This document shows positions 1-8,891 of a stretch of 32,000 nt of DNA, one piece after another (position 1 is the first letter of the stretch; the number at the start of each line of letters is the position of its first letter). The stretch covers positions 4,575 to 36,574 of the forward strand of contig CBDCVR010000014.1 of NCBI GenBank assembly GCA_965223155.1. Reading direction: 5' to 3'. The position numbers and the translations under genes are program-made. Below the pieces are notes generated by a model, which was not told the origin of the DNA, did not search any database, and saw only the letters and a list, made by a program, of their open reading frames with translations. Source of the stretch: Candidatus Multivoradales bacterium (GTDB lineage Bacteria > Acidobacteriota > Thermoanaerobaculia > Multivoradales > JAHEKO01).

Positions 1-2493
1 CACTTGTCCGGCTTCCACGACCTTGTCGAGCAAAAAGCCATTGGGGTCGACGACGGCGAGGGAGCGAATGCGCTCGCCGGGCTGCGTTTCAGCGCCCGCA
101 TCATCCGTCTGGCGAGCTGGCCTCTGTGGGTCAAAGCTAAAGCGCAAGCCCGCCACCTGCGGGAACTGCCCCGGCGTATCGCCGGGTTCCGAGGCTGCTA
201 CGGCATGCTCCGCCAGGGTCTTCAACTCCTGCGCCGTGATCGTCAGGAGGGTCAGGCCGTTGTTAAAACGCAGCGAATTTTCAATATCGAGCTGCGAGAT
301 TTGTCCCGCTTCCTTGCCGGATAAGGCATTCGCCTGAGTCGGCAACAGCTCGCCCGTATCCCCGTCAATAAAGCCGATTTCAGCGCGAATGCCGCCGCCG
401 TTCTTAATCGAGATGACCGTCGCGGCGTCCGTCTGCCTGGCCATCGCCAAGTTGGCGTCGGCCGTCAGGTTGCCGAGGTTGGTTTCCTCCGTGCGCACGA
501 AATCGCGGCGGCCTTCGAGAAAGACCATACTGCGCCCGAAGACATTGCCGTCCTTGTCGGTGACCACACCTTCGATGGCGTCGGTCAAGCGCTTGACCTG
601 CGCCCCCTTCGCGCCGTCGGCAAATGGCGCATCGAGATTGCCCCACAGCGACTGCACGCCGTCGCTGTCCGTGGGATAGGCGTCATTGACCGCCGGGTTC
701 AAATGATCGGCGAGGAGGACGCCATTGGCGTCGAAATCCACCACCAGCCGCCCGACGTAGGCATATTCGCCAGGCGTGCTGACGATCAGCGCCGGGTCGC
801 CGTCCAGATTGGTCGTGACAATGGGATAGGCGCGATCGGCCGTATCGCCGCTTCGCAGCCGCTCCGTATTGTTGGCCAGCAGCGTATCCCCGCCCCCGGC
901 CACAGCGATGTCCACGCCGCTCAGCAGCGGTATCAGCTCTTCTTCGAGGCTGATTTGCTGCAAATGCGTCACCAAGATGATTTTGTCGATATCGTCAGCC
1001 GTTCCCAGCGCGCCGTCATCGCCTTGGCGCGCCGTATCGATCGCCGGTTGCAAAATGCTCGCTAGCGCTACCATGTCATCACTGCCGCCCCCTGGCTCTC
1101 GCACCTGCACGCCGCCCGGCGACGTAATCGAGTCGAGTTTAGGCGTCGTGCCGCCGATCACCGCCGCTCGTTCACCATTGCCGAGGTCGATGATGGTGTA
1201 TGGCGCAATCTTAGGCGCGGCGCCAGCCGCGCCGAGATCGTCCGGCGTCGACTGAAAGGCGGTGTTGGGCAGGACTTGATTGGTGAACAAACCACTGAGA
1301 TTGCCGTCGCCGGCAAAGTCCAAGTTGGCGCTGAGGTAGGGGAATTGCGCGCCCAACCAACGGACATCGCCCAGCGTATCGCCGCGAATATCGGTCCCGA
1401 TAATATCGCTTAAAATAGAAGTTCCGGCGTCGAACTCGTGATTGCCGAGGGCCGAGGCGTCAAAGCCGATGATGTTCATAATGGTGATATCGGCGCGTCC
1501 GCCGGCTTCGCGGATATTGTTCAACGACCCGTCGGGCAGCCCGAACAGCGTGTCGTGAACGCCCTGAAACACCGGGCGCAGCGCCCCGTCGCCAGCAGCC
1601 GAAAAGAACGGCCCTGGAATATAGTTGTCGCCCGCCGAAAGCAGAATCGAGGGGCCAGAAGCGTCCTGCTCCAGGGCCTCGACCACCGCCGCAAAGTTGG
1701 GGGCGTCGCCGACGGCGTCAACGCCGCCTTCCAAGTCAGAGGCGTGCAGGAGCTGCAAGCGAGAGTCAGCCAGCGTGTCAACCACGACATCGTCGAAGCC
1801 TATATTAATATCGACGACAATGGTTTGCGTTGGGGTCTCAACCTCGATCACGAGGCCGCCATCCCCGAGCGTCACAACAATCGTCACCAGCGCGTCGAGC
1901 ACCGCATCGAGTCCCTCGCCATTAGCGGCGAAATTCGAGTCGCTAAACAGATCAATTTGTTCGAGATCGCGCAGCCCGGCGACGCGCATCTCATTGGCCA
2001 GGTTGGCGATGATCGTTACTGATGCCGCCTCGACATCGGCGGCGGCGAAAGGCTGCGTCGGCCCCCAGCCGTCGAAAATGGCCGTGAGATCGGCGACGCC
2101 CGCGGCCAGCTTTATCACCAGGTCCGTGAGGCCCGTGACGTGCGCCGTAACGGCATTGCCTATGATCGTTGCGACGTAGGAGTAGAGCGTCAATTGCCCA
2201 TCTTCACTCACCGCCCGAATGAACAAAGGCGCTTGCGCCTCGATGTCGACCGTGAACGCGCCGTTGGCGTCCGTGACGACAGGGGTGGACGTGGTCCCTC
2301 GCCCATTGACAATGACCACCGTGGCGTTGACCAGGGCGCGACCGTTGGCGACGATGCCGGACACGGTAATCGTGTCGTTGTCACCGTCGTCGTCTGAACA
2401 TCCAGCCACCATCAAGGCAATGGCAATAAGTACGGCAAGATAGAACCACAACCCGCGCCGATGCGCGCCATAGGGCTTGTGAGACATAGACAT
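1..2493 (-). CDS. Secreted lipoprotein, bifunctional metallophosphoesterase/5'-nucleotidase (UshA-like); the C-terminus continues beyond the left edge
   Basis: The gene is absent from the ORF track because it has no stop codon in the window. My minus-strand translation from the ATG at 2493 (GGAG 9 nt upstream) stays open for all 831 codons down to position 1. The N-terminus is MSMSHKPYGAHRRGLWFYLAVLIAIALMVAGCSDDDG, a signal peptide with a lipobox Cys. Metallophosphatase motifs follow (LLHASDLEGG, SAGDNYIPGPFF, LGNHEFD), then 5'-nucleotidase C-domain motifs (EETNLGNLTADA, IKNGGGIRA). The plus-strand track ORFs at 4..2443 are antisense shadows. Confidence 0.85.
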   Translation of the reverse strand, partial: MSMSHKPYGAHRRGLWFYLAVLIAIALMVAGCSDDDGDNDTITVSGIVANGRALVNATVVIVNGRGTTSTPVVTDANGAFTVDIEAQAPLFIRAVSEDGQLTLYSYVATIIGNAVTAHVTGLTDLVIKLAAGVADLTAIFDGWGPTQPFAAADVEAASVTIIANLANEMRVAGLRDLEQIDLFSDSNFAANGEGLDAVLDALVTIVVTLGDGGLVIEVETPTQTIVVDINIGFDDVVVDTLADSRLQLLHASDLEGGVDAVGDAPNFAAVVEALEQDASGPSILLSAGDNYIPGPFFSAAGDGALRPVFQGVHDTLFGLPDGSLNNIREAGGRADITIMNIIGFDASALGNHEFDAGTSILSDIIGTDIRGDTLGDVRWLGAQFPYLSANLDFAGDGNLSGLFTNQVLPNTAFQSTPDDLGAAGAAPKIAPYTIIDLGNGERAAVIGGTTPKLDSITSPGGVQVREPGGGSDDMVALASILQPAIDTARQGDDGALGTADDIDKIILVTHLQQISLEEELIPLLSGVDIAVAGGGDTLLANNTERLRSGDTADRAYPIVTTNLDGDPALIVSTPGEYAYVGRLVVDFDANGVLLADHLNPAVNDAYPTDSDGVQSLWGNLDAPFADGAKGAQVKRLTDAIEGVVTDKDGNVFGRSMVFLEGRRDFVRTEETNLGNLTADANLAMARQTDAATVISIKNGGGIRAEIGFIDGDTGELLPTQANALSGKEAGQISQLDIENSLRFNNGLTLLTITAQELKTLAEHAVAASEPGDTPGQFPQVAGLRFSFDPQRPARQTDDAGAETQPGERIRSLAVVDPNGFLLDKVVEAGQV

Positions 2494-2763
2494 AGGCTGA
2501 CACTCCTCATCGCAATCGTGTCATCAGCAAACAGCGACCAAGGTTTGAGACAAACAGCCGAGCTTATCAAGCGTTTATGAAGTTAGAGTTAGGATATGGT
2601 TTGAATACGGTGAGGATTTTTCGCGCGCCCATACGGTCAAGACGGCTTCCGATTATGACGCAGCATCGGGTCAAGGGCCTTGCATCAACAGGCCCGCGAA
2701 GGGAAATCGACAATCCCGATGCGACGCCATAGCGGGTTTAAATGAGATTGTCTATGACAATGT

Positions 2764-4044
2764 CTATTTGGGTAACAGCTTCTGCACGTCCCGCGCCATC
2801 TCTTCCAGAACCTTCTCAGGTTCATCGATGCGGCTGCCGGAGACGATGGACTGCATGTCATCAAAAATTACCTTGGTAATTTTCAACCCGTTCTTGCCGG
2901 GAAAGGCGTACCAGGTGCGCAGCAGCGGCAGTTGCTTCACGGCCGTGAAGTTGTTCGGATGCTCAGCGTAAAAATCCTTGAGGTAGACCTCGTTGGCCTT
3001 CTTGTTGGGCGGCATGTAGCCGGTGGTTTGCGCCACCACCGCGGCGCCGCGGCCGGAAGTGGCGAATTTGAGGAAGGTCCAGGCGGCGTTTTGCTTGGCC
3101 GGGTCCGTGGTCAGGAGCATGCCGGCGTTGCCGCCAGCGGGCAAACCCACGACATCGGGGTTGCCGTCTTTCAGCTCGTAGCCGGGAAAGAGCGCGGTCT
3201 TGAGTTCGAACTTGTCGCCTTTTTCCTCGGTGATCTTGGCCAAGCGCGAGGTGGACCAGAAAAACATGCCCATTTGCCCGGCGGAAAAAGGCGCGACAGC
3301 CTCTTTGACACTGTAGTTGGGCATCTTGCATGCTTTGGCCAGTTTGGCGAAGGTCTGCATAGCCAGTTTGCCGGTGTCGTTGCCGAAGTTGACGCTCTTT
3401 TCGTCCGCCGTCAGCATGGTGTTGTCGCGCGACCAGTTGAGCGCCTGCCAGAACCAGTTGCCGGTGATATTCCAGCCCCAAAACATGGTGTCGACCTCGG
3501 GAACGTTAGCTTCGATCATCTTGCACAACTCGATGACTTCATCCCAGGTTTTGGGCAGCTCTTTGCTCCACCCCGCTTTTTTGACGATGTCCATGTTGTA
3601 GTAGGCAATGGGGAGCGAGATGGAGAAGGGCAGACCGTAGACCTGGCCGTCAAACTTGCTGAGGTCTAACATGGCCTGGTGATAGCCGTCTTTGAAGAAC
3701 TGATCGCCTTCTTCTTGAATGAAGGGTTCGAGCGATTGCGCAATGCCTTTTTCCACCAAAATGCGTTGGCGATTGAGCCCCTGGAAGGTGATGTCCGGGG
3801 CTTTTTTGGTGATGGCCTCTTTGAGGACTTTTTGCGAGCCGTCTTCGTAGGACTCGTAGGGCGAACGGAATTTGACTTTAATATTGGGGTGATCCTTTTC
3901 GAATTCTTCCCCAATAATCTTGTACGTCTCATTGAACAAGACGCCGTAGGGGTATTGCACTTCGATGGTGATGTCTTCTGCGGAGGCGGCGCTGGCGAAA
4001 GCCAGGAACACAGCGCTCAATAGGAATAGCAGTCGATGCAGCAT
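2764..4044 (-). CDS. ABC transporter substrate-binding protein, family 1 (CUT1 sugar / glycerol-phosphate type)
   Basis: This is track ORF 2764..4617 trimmed to an internal start. The ATG at 4044 is preceded by AAGGAGA 8 nt upstream. It gives the signal peptide MLHRLLFLLSAVFLAFASAASA followed by a typical extracellular solute-binding sequence. The roughly 190 upstream codons are Arg/His-rich and overlap the permease gene. Confidence 0.85.
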   Translation of the reverse strand: MLHRLLFLLSAVFLAFASAASAEDITIEVQYPYGVLFNETYKIIGEEFEKDHPNIKVKFRSPYESYEDGSQKVLKEAITKKAPDITFQGLNRQRILVEKGIAQSLEPFIQEEGDQFFKDGYHQAMLDLSKFDGQVYGLPFSISLPIAYYNMDIVKKAGWSKELPKTWDEVIELCKMIEANVPEVDTMFWGWNITGNWFWQALNWSRDNTMLTADEKSVNFGNDTGKLAMQTFAKLAKACKMPNYSVKEAVAPFSAGQMGMFFWSTSRLAKITEEKGDKFELKTALFPGYELKDGNPDVVGLPAGGNAGMLLTTDPAKQNAAWTFLKFATSGRGAAVVAQTTGYMPPNKKANEVYLKDFYAEHPNNFTAVKQLPLLRTWYAFPGKNGLKITKVIFDDMQSIVSGSRIDEPEKVLEEMARDVQKLLPK

Positions 4045-4061
4045 GCTGGAATCTCCTTTTC

Positions 4062-4886
4062 TCACTTCATGCCAGTGAAGGTAATGCCTTCGATGAAACG
4101 CCGCTGCGCCAATAAGAAGGCGATCACCAGCGGCGCGATGATGATGGCGGCGGTCGCCATCAGAGGACCGTAACTCGAGCCCCATTCCTCGTTGCGAAAA
4201 TTGGCCACGCCTAGCGGCGGGGTGTAGAACGTCTCGCTCGACAGCACAATCAGGGGCCAGAAATAATCGTTCCAGTGCGCCACCACGGAGAAAATGCCAA
4301 AGGCGATGAGGGCCGGGATGGCGGTGGGCAACATGACGCGCCAGACGATGCCGAATTCGCTGATGCCGTCCATGCGGGCGGCGTCGACGAGGTCGTCGGG
4401 CACGGTTTTGAAAAACTGCCGCATGAGAAAAATGCCGAAGACCGAAATCGTCCATGGGACGATGAGGGCGGCGTAGGAATCGAGAATGCCAATCTTGAAA
4501 AACAGCAAGTACAGTGGAATGGCGATGGTGTGGGGCGGAATGAGCAGGCATAGCAACACCAGGACGAAGACGGCGTCGCGGCCCCACCAGCGCAGCTTGG
4601 CCAGGGCGTAGGCGCATGGCAGGGCGATCAGCACCTGGAGCAAGAAGATGGTGACGGTGACGAAGAGGCCGTTAAGCATGTAGCGCAACAAAGGCTGTTC
4701 GGTAAGGGCTTCGCGATAGTTGGCGAAGTCCGGCATATTGGGCCAAAGCTGCAGCGTCGCCTGATAGATCTCACTCTCGTCTTTGATCGAGGTGGAGAGC
4801 ATCTCGACAAACGGGGCGAGAATGACGACAGCCCCGGCTGCTAGTATCACATGTTTAAGCAGCTCGATGACCCAGTGGCGTTTCAT
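4062..4886 (-). CDS. ABC transporter permease (MalG/UgpE-like)
   Basis: The 274-aa polytopic protein carries the EAA-loop region VDAARMDGISEFGIVWRVMLP. Its start overlaps the upstream permease stop by 4 nt (ATGA at 4883-4886). The gap to the binding-protein gene is 17 nt. Confidence 0.9.
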   Translation of the reverse strand: MKRHWVIELLKHVILAAGAVVILAPFVEMLSTSIKDESEIYQATLQLWPNMPDFANYREALTEQPLLRYMLNGLFVTVTIFLLQVLIALPCAYALAKLRWWGRDAVFVLVLLCLLIPPHTIAIPLYLLFFKIGILDSYAALIVPWTISVFGIFLMRQFFKTVPDDLVDAARMDGISEFGIVWRVMLPTAIPALIAFGIFSVVAHWNDYFWPLIVLSSETFYTPPLGVANFRNEEWGSSYGPLMATAAIIIAPLVIAFLLAQRRFIEGITFTGMK

Positions 4887-5824
4887 GAGTAGTGCACCCG
4901 CCTCTCGATAAAAAAGACTTTGACCAGCGTCAGGATGAAAATGAAGATTAAAAACACCACCGTGAGTCCAGCGGCGTAGCTGGAGCGGAAAAATTCAAAG
5001 GCTTCCTGGTAGATGGCGTAGACGAGCACCATGGAGGCGTTGTCCGGGCCGCCCTGGGTCAGGACGTGCACGGTGTCGAAGACTTGGAACGAGCGGATAG
5101 CGCTGATCACCACCACGAACATGGTGACGGGCGACAACAACGGCCAGGTGACGGTCCAAAAGCGATCCCAGGCGGTGCGGGCGCCGTCGACTTCCAGGGC
5201 GTCGTAGAGATCCCGCGGAATCGAGGTGAGGCCGGCCATAAAGAGCACCATGTTAAAGCCGATAGTCTGCCAGATGGCGATGGCGCACAGCGCGAAAAGC
5301 GCTGTTTCTTTGGTCGTGAGCCAGAAGGGACTGTCGATGCCAAAGAAGCTCAGCGTCAGGGCGAGCAGGCCGAATTTGGGGTGCAGCAAAAACTCCCAGA
5401 CGATGGCCATGGCGATGAGCGTAGACATGACAGGCAGAAAATACACCGAGCGCCAAATGCCTTTGCCAATCGATAAGGACTCGATCAGCAGCGCGGCGCC
5501 GAGTCCCAACACCACCGATCCCGGCACCACAATGGCGGCGTAAATGAAGGTGTTGAGCAGGGCTTTGCGGAACGTTTCCTCGCCTAGCATCTCGCGGTAG
5601 TTGTCGGCGCCGACCCAGGCGAAGTCCGCATCGCCGAGGCTCCAGTCGGTAAACGATAGCGCCACCACAGCGATGACGGGCGCGACGAGCAGCACGGTCA
5701 TGAGGAAGAGGGCGGGGAGCGACAGAGCCCAGCCCGTGAGGTGATCGAGGGCGCGGCGGCTCAGGCTCAGCTTGACGTCAGGCGCCGCTATTGGCAGATC
5801 GAGGACTGCAGTCGGCTTAGCCAC
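4883..5824 (-). CDS. ABC transporter permease (MalF/UgpA-like)
   Basis: The sequence is polytopic with SFTDWSL and ALEVDGARTAWDRFWTVTWPLL (EAA loop). The track start at 5923 would overlap the ATPase gene by about 100 nt. I prefer the GTG at 5824, which has GGAG 7 nt upstream and overlaps the ATPase stop by 8 nt. The start choice is uncertain. Confidence 0.8.
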   Translation of the reverse strand: MAKPTAVLDLPIAAPDVKLSLSRRALDHLTGWALSLPALFLMTVLLVAPVIAVVALSFTDWSLGDADFAWVGADNYREMLGEETFRKALLNTFIYAAIVVPGSVVLGLGAALLIESLSIGKGIWRSVYFLPVMSTLIAMAIVWEFLLHPKFGLLALTLSFFGIDSPFWLTTKETALFALCAIAIWQTIGFNMVLFMAGLTSIPRDLYDALEVDGARTAWDRFWTVTWPLLSPVTMFVVVISAIRSFQVFDTVHVLTQGGPDNASMVLVYAIYQEAFEFFRSSYAAGLTVVFLIFIFILTLVKVFFIERRVHYS

Positions 5825-6980
5825 GCACGCGCTCCTGTTGCTCGGTCGCTGCGAGGCTTGCCGGCAGGCGGCCGCCATCGGCGTCGAAGAGCAACACATC
5901 CATTGCGTCAAAGGTAATATCAAGGCGATCGCCCACCCGCACTCGCGGCAACAGCGCCGGTGGGATGCGGGCGATGACCGGCTCCGGGCTGTCGGAGTGC
6001 TCCAGGTGCACGAGCCCGTCGGAGCCTAAATTTTCCGTGTGCGTCACTGCGGCGCTACCGCTGTCGCCCCGCGGTTCGGCGACGGACATGGCCTCGGGGC
6101 GAACGCCAGCTTGTAGGCGCGCGCCGGGCGCCGCCTCGGTATCCATGGCGAAGCGCATGCCCGCGATATCGATGGTTTTGGCGTCCACGACGCTGGCCGT
6201 AAAGCGGTTGATTTTCGGGCTGCCGATAAATTCCGCCACGCGCAGATCGGCGGGATGGCGGTAGATGTCGTCCGGCGCGCCGACCTGAATAAGATCGCCG
6301 TCCATCATCACGGCGACGCGATCCGACATGGTCATGGCCTCGGCCTGATCGTGCGTCACGTAAATAAAGGTCACACCGATGCGGCGATGCAGTTGGGCGA
6401 TTTCGGCGCGCATGTGCACCCGCAGTTTGGCGTCGAGATTAGAGAGCGGCTCGTCCATGAGAAAGGCGACTGGACGGCGCACCATGGCGCGGCCAACCGC
6501 GACGCGCTGGCGCTGGCCGCCGGAGAGCTGTCCGGGCTTGCGATGCAGCAAATGGGCGATATCGAGGGTCTCGGCCGCGTCGCGCACCTCGGCGGCAATG
6601 CCGCGCTCAAGGGCGGCTCGGCGCGGCGTCAAGCGCCCGAGCAGCGGCAAGCGGTGATGGAAGCCCAGACGCCGCATGCGCAGAGGCACGGCGATATTGT
6701 CAAAGACGCTGAGATGGGGATAGAGGGCATAGGATTGAAAGACCATGGCGAGGTCGCGGTCGCGCGGCCGCAGGTGGTCCACCGGGCGCTCGCCAATGCG
6801 CAGCGAACCGCTGCTTTGCTGTTCTAAACCGGCGATAATGCGTAGCAAGGTCGACTTGCCGCAGCCCGATGGGCCGACGAGCGTGAGGAATTCGCCGTCT
6901 TCGATCTCGAGGCTGATGTCGCGCAGCACCTGAGTGGCGCCAAAATTTTTGCTGATGTGATGCAGCGATACTTGAGCCAT
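5817..6980 (-). CDS. ABC transporter ATP-binding protein (MalK/UgpC-like)
   Basis: The protein has Walker A (GPSGCGKST), the signature motif (LSGGQRQRVAVGRA), Walker B (FLMDEPLSNLD) and a MalK-type C-terminal domain. I prefer the start at MAQVSLHHISKNF (ATG at 6980) because it is the typical N-terminus. The track start at 7001 is also possible. Confidence 0.9.
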   Translation of the reverse strand: MAQVSLHHISKNFGATQVLRDISLEIEDGEFLTLVGPSGCGKSTLLRIIAGLEQQSSGSLRIGERPVDHLRPRDRDLAMVFQSYALYPHLSVFDNIAVPLRMRRLGFHHRLPLLGRLTPRRAALERGIAAEVRDAAETLDIAHLLHRKPGQLSGGQRQRVAVGRAMVRRPVAFLMDEPLSNLDAKLRVHMRAEIAQLHRRIGVTFIYVTHDQAEAMTMSDRVAVMMDGDLIQVGAPDDIYRHPADLRVAEFIGSPKINRFTASVVDAKTIDIAGMRFAMDTEAAPGARLQAGVRPEAMSVAEPRGDSGSAAVTHTENLGSDGLVHLEHSDSPEPVIARIPPALLPRVRVGDRLDITFDAMDVLLFDADGGRLPASLAATEQQERVRG

Positions 6981-7083
6981 GGGGCGTATCTCGTGGCGCA
7001 TGTGGGTTAACGTCTCTATCGGGGTGTCCTTAGCATGACATAGGTTTATGGGCGTAGGATAAAGACCAGGTTAAGAAATGATG

Positions 7084-7104
7084 AAGACGAGGTGGTTTCG
7101 TCTT
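7084..7104 (-). terminator. Hairpin downstream of the two-CXXCH gene (AAGACGA-N7-TCGTCTT)
   Basis: The stem is 7 bp with a 7-nt loop. On the minus strand it is followed by catcatttctt, a weak T-tract. It lies between the stop at 7166 and the ABC operon start. Confidence 0.3.
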
Positions 7105-7165
7105 ATCGAGACTGAACTCATTGCTGGGGTTTAACCATGGCGTCGAGGCGCTGTTGGAAACTCAT

Positions 7166-8806
7166 TTAGTTGGCGGCGCCACTCCAATCGAGCCGCATAT
7201 CCCAGCGGAAGGCGCGAGACGGCGGCAGCGTCGGAGCGGTGCGATTGTCCACGTGTTGGTAGACGTTTGGAGGCGGCGTCACGGTGGCGTCGCGGCCATA
7301 GATGAAATCTTGGTCGTCGACGATGACGCGGTAGGCTTTATTCAACATCAGGGCGCGTTGTCTCGACGGCGTGATCAGGTCGTAGACGTCCCTGGCTTGT
7401 TCGACGTTTTGGCGATTGACGGAGCCGTCCGGGTGAAACCAGCGCTGAAACATTTCCGCATTGCTGCGAAATTCGCCGCCGCCGCCGACGCGCTCAAAAT
7501 AAGTGGCGATTTCACCGCGTGTTTCGCCGTGATTCGGGGCGTCCGGCATGCCTTTGAGATTGATGTAGCCCCAACCCTTAGCGCCGTCGATTTTGCGGGC
7601 GAAGCTGAAGGTCTTGTCAATGGTGGCGCCGACGGAACTGTGACAACCCATGCAAAAGAAATTTTCCTCATAGGTGCTCACGCGCAAGCGCCCTGTTTTG
7701 TCTTCGATAAATCCTTGAATCGACCAGCCGCTGCCATTGTCTAGGCCGTGATGCCCCACGTTGTGATAGCCCGGCAGGTTGCCCGCTTCTTTCTCGAATG
7801 ATTCAAGTTGATAGCGCCGCGCGTAAACGGACTTGGAATAATGCCGCCATTTGCGCATATAACGCACTTCTTTCATGCGCGTCGAGACGGTGATTTCGTC
7901 GTTGTCGCCGATCCCGACATACCTGACAGTGTGCATAAATTCCGTGTGCGCCGGATAGATGTGCGGCGTGACTTGGGCCCCTGCCGCCGCGCCAACGTAT
8001 TGGTCGACTTGGGTAATGCGGTCGATGACGCCGAGCGCCGCATCGCCATTGAGATCCCGCCCTACGCGGCGTTCGTCAACGGGGAGCGAGCCGATAGCGT
8101 TGACGCCCTTGATATTGGCTTCCAGAATGGCGAGGTTCGCTTTGTAGATGTCGGGCGAATAGTGGCCTTGCGCGTCCGTGCGATACGCTTCCGGCAGGCG
8201 GATCATCACGTCATCGGTCGAACCATTGGTGGGCCAAAAGGTGCTGGGCAAGGGCTTGTAATTAAAAGCGGCCCAGCGGCTGCCGTCCCTGGCGAAGCCC
8301 TGTTCGTCAAAGGCGTCTGCGCCCTGGTGCAGATTCGCCAAATCCGGTATCCAGCCCTGAAACTGCGCGGCTCGCAGCCGGTCCGGCAGCTCGGAGTAAT
8401 TGTCCTGATTGATATAGGCGAGGATCGCCGCGTCGCTGATTTGCGCCACGCGTTCAGAGCGATCCTCAAACAAGTTGTTCCAGCGATTCGTCATGCCTAG
8501 ATCGCTAAAGCTATAGGCCACTTGCAGATCGCCGTCATTCATGACGTTTTCGCGCCCTGCGATGGCGTTTTGGTGGCAGATGTAGCACGGGTTGTAGCGG
8601 CCTTCGGTGCGCGTGTAGCACTGCGGCGGAATGATCGCTTCCCGGTTGTAGACGGTTTTCAGGGGGTGCACATCGGGGGCGAACGGGATAATGGCGGGGC
8701 GCTCCCGCAGCGCTTGTAGAACTTGCTCATGCCATGCGGCGGGCGTTTGGGCGTTGGCAGCGTAAGTCAGGCAGAGGATGCAGCAGGCCAGGATGAGGCG
8801 ATACAT
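7166..8806 (-). CDS. Secreted protein with two CXXCH haem-c binding motifs (putative di-haem cytochrome c-family protein); function unknown
   Basis: The 546-aa protein has the signal peptide MYRLILACCILCLTYAANA-Q. CXXCH motifs occur at NPCYICHQ (near residue 75) and FFCMGCHSS (near residue 385). I do not recognise a named family. Confidence 0.6.
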   Translation of the reverse strand: MYRLILACCILCLTYAANAQTPAAWHEQVLQALRERPAIIPFAPDVHPLKTVYNREAIIPPQCYTRTEGRYNPCYICHQNAIAGRENVMNDGDLQVAYSFSDLGMTNRWNNLFEDRSERVAQISDAAILAYINQDNYSELPDRLRAAQFQGWIPDLANLHQGADAFDEQGFARDGSRWAAFNYKPLPSTFWPTNGSTDDVMIRLPEAYRTDAQGHYSPDIYKANLAILEANIKGVNAIGSLPVDERRVGRDLNGDAALGVIDRITQVDQYVGAAAGAQVTPHIYPAHTEFMHTVRYVGIGDNDEITVSTRMKEVRYMRKWRHYSKSVYARRYQLESFEKEAGNLPGYHNVGHHGLDNGSGWSIQGFIEDKTGRLRVSTYEENFFCMGCHSSVGATIDKTFSFARKIDGAKGWGYINLKGMPDAPNHGETRGEIATYFERVGGGGEFRSNAEMFQRWFHPDGSVNRQNVEQARDVYDLITPSRQRALMLNKAYRVIVDDQDFIYGRDATVTPPPNVYQHVDNRTAPTLPPSRAFRWDMRLDWSGAAN

Positions 8807-8835
8807 CTTTGTGAGACCTTATTGTTGGGTAGACA

Positions 8836-8860
8836 ACGCCTGCCCCGTACGGGCAGGCGT
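8836..8860 (-). terminator. Strong GC hairpin between the PhoX-like gene and the two-CXXCH gene
   Basis: ACGCCTGCCC-cgtac-GGGCAGGCGT forms a perfect 10-bp stem. No T-tract follows, so it may be an intercistronic processing or stability element rather than a full terminator. Confidence 0.3.
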
Positions 8861-8891
8861 CAAGTGATCGGATACGTCGATGTGAGGGACG

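Noticed and set aside
4-2443. Numerous plus-strand track ORFs (e.g. 703..1065, 1438..2022, 1625..2179)
   Set aside because: They have biased, low-complexity Arg/Ala/Ser-rich translations. They lie antisense to an 831-codon open minus-strand frame with clear 5'-nucleotidase motifs, so they are shadow ORFs of a GC-rich gene.
2740-2762. Pho-box-like sequence (minus strand TTGTCATAGACAATCTCAT) and the ATTGTC-tat-GACAAT palindrome just downstream of the binding-protein gene
   Set aside because: Only the first half-site resembles the E. coli CTGTCAT consensus. The organism is unrelated to E. coli, and the position about 250 nt upstream of the 5'-nucleotidase start is not compelling.
4045-4617. N-terminal 190-aa extension of the binding-protein ORF (track 2764..4617)
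   Set aside because: The extension is Arg/His-rich nonsense that overlaps the well-supported permease gene 4062..4886. A signal peptide and a strong ribosome-binding site define the start at 4044.
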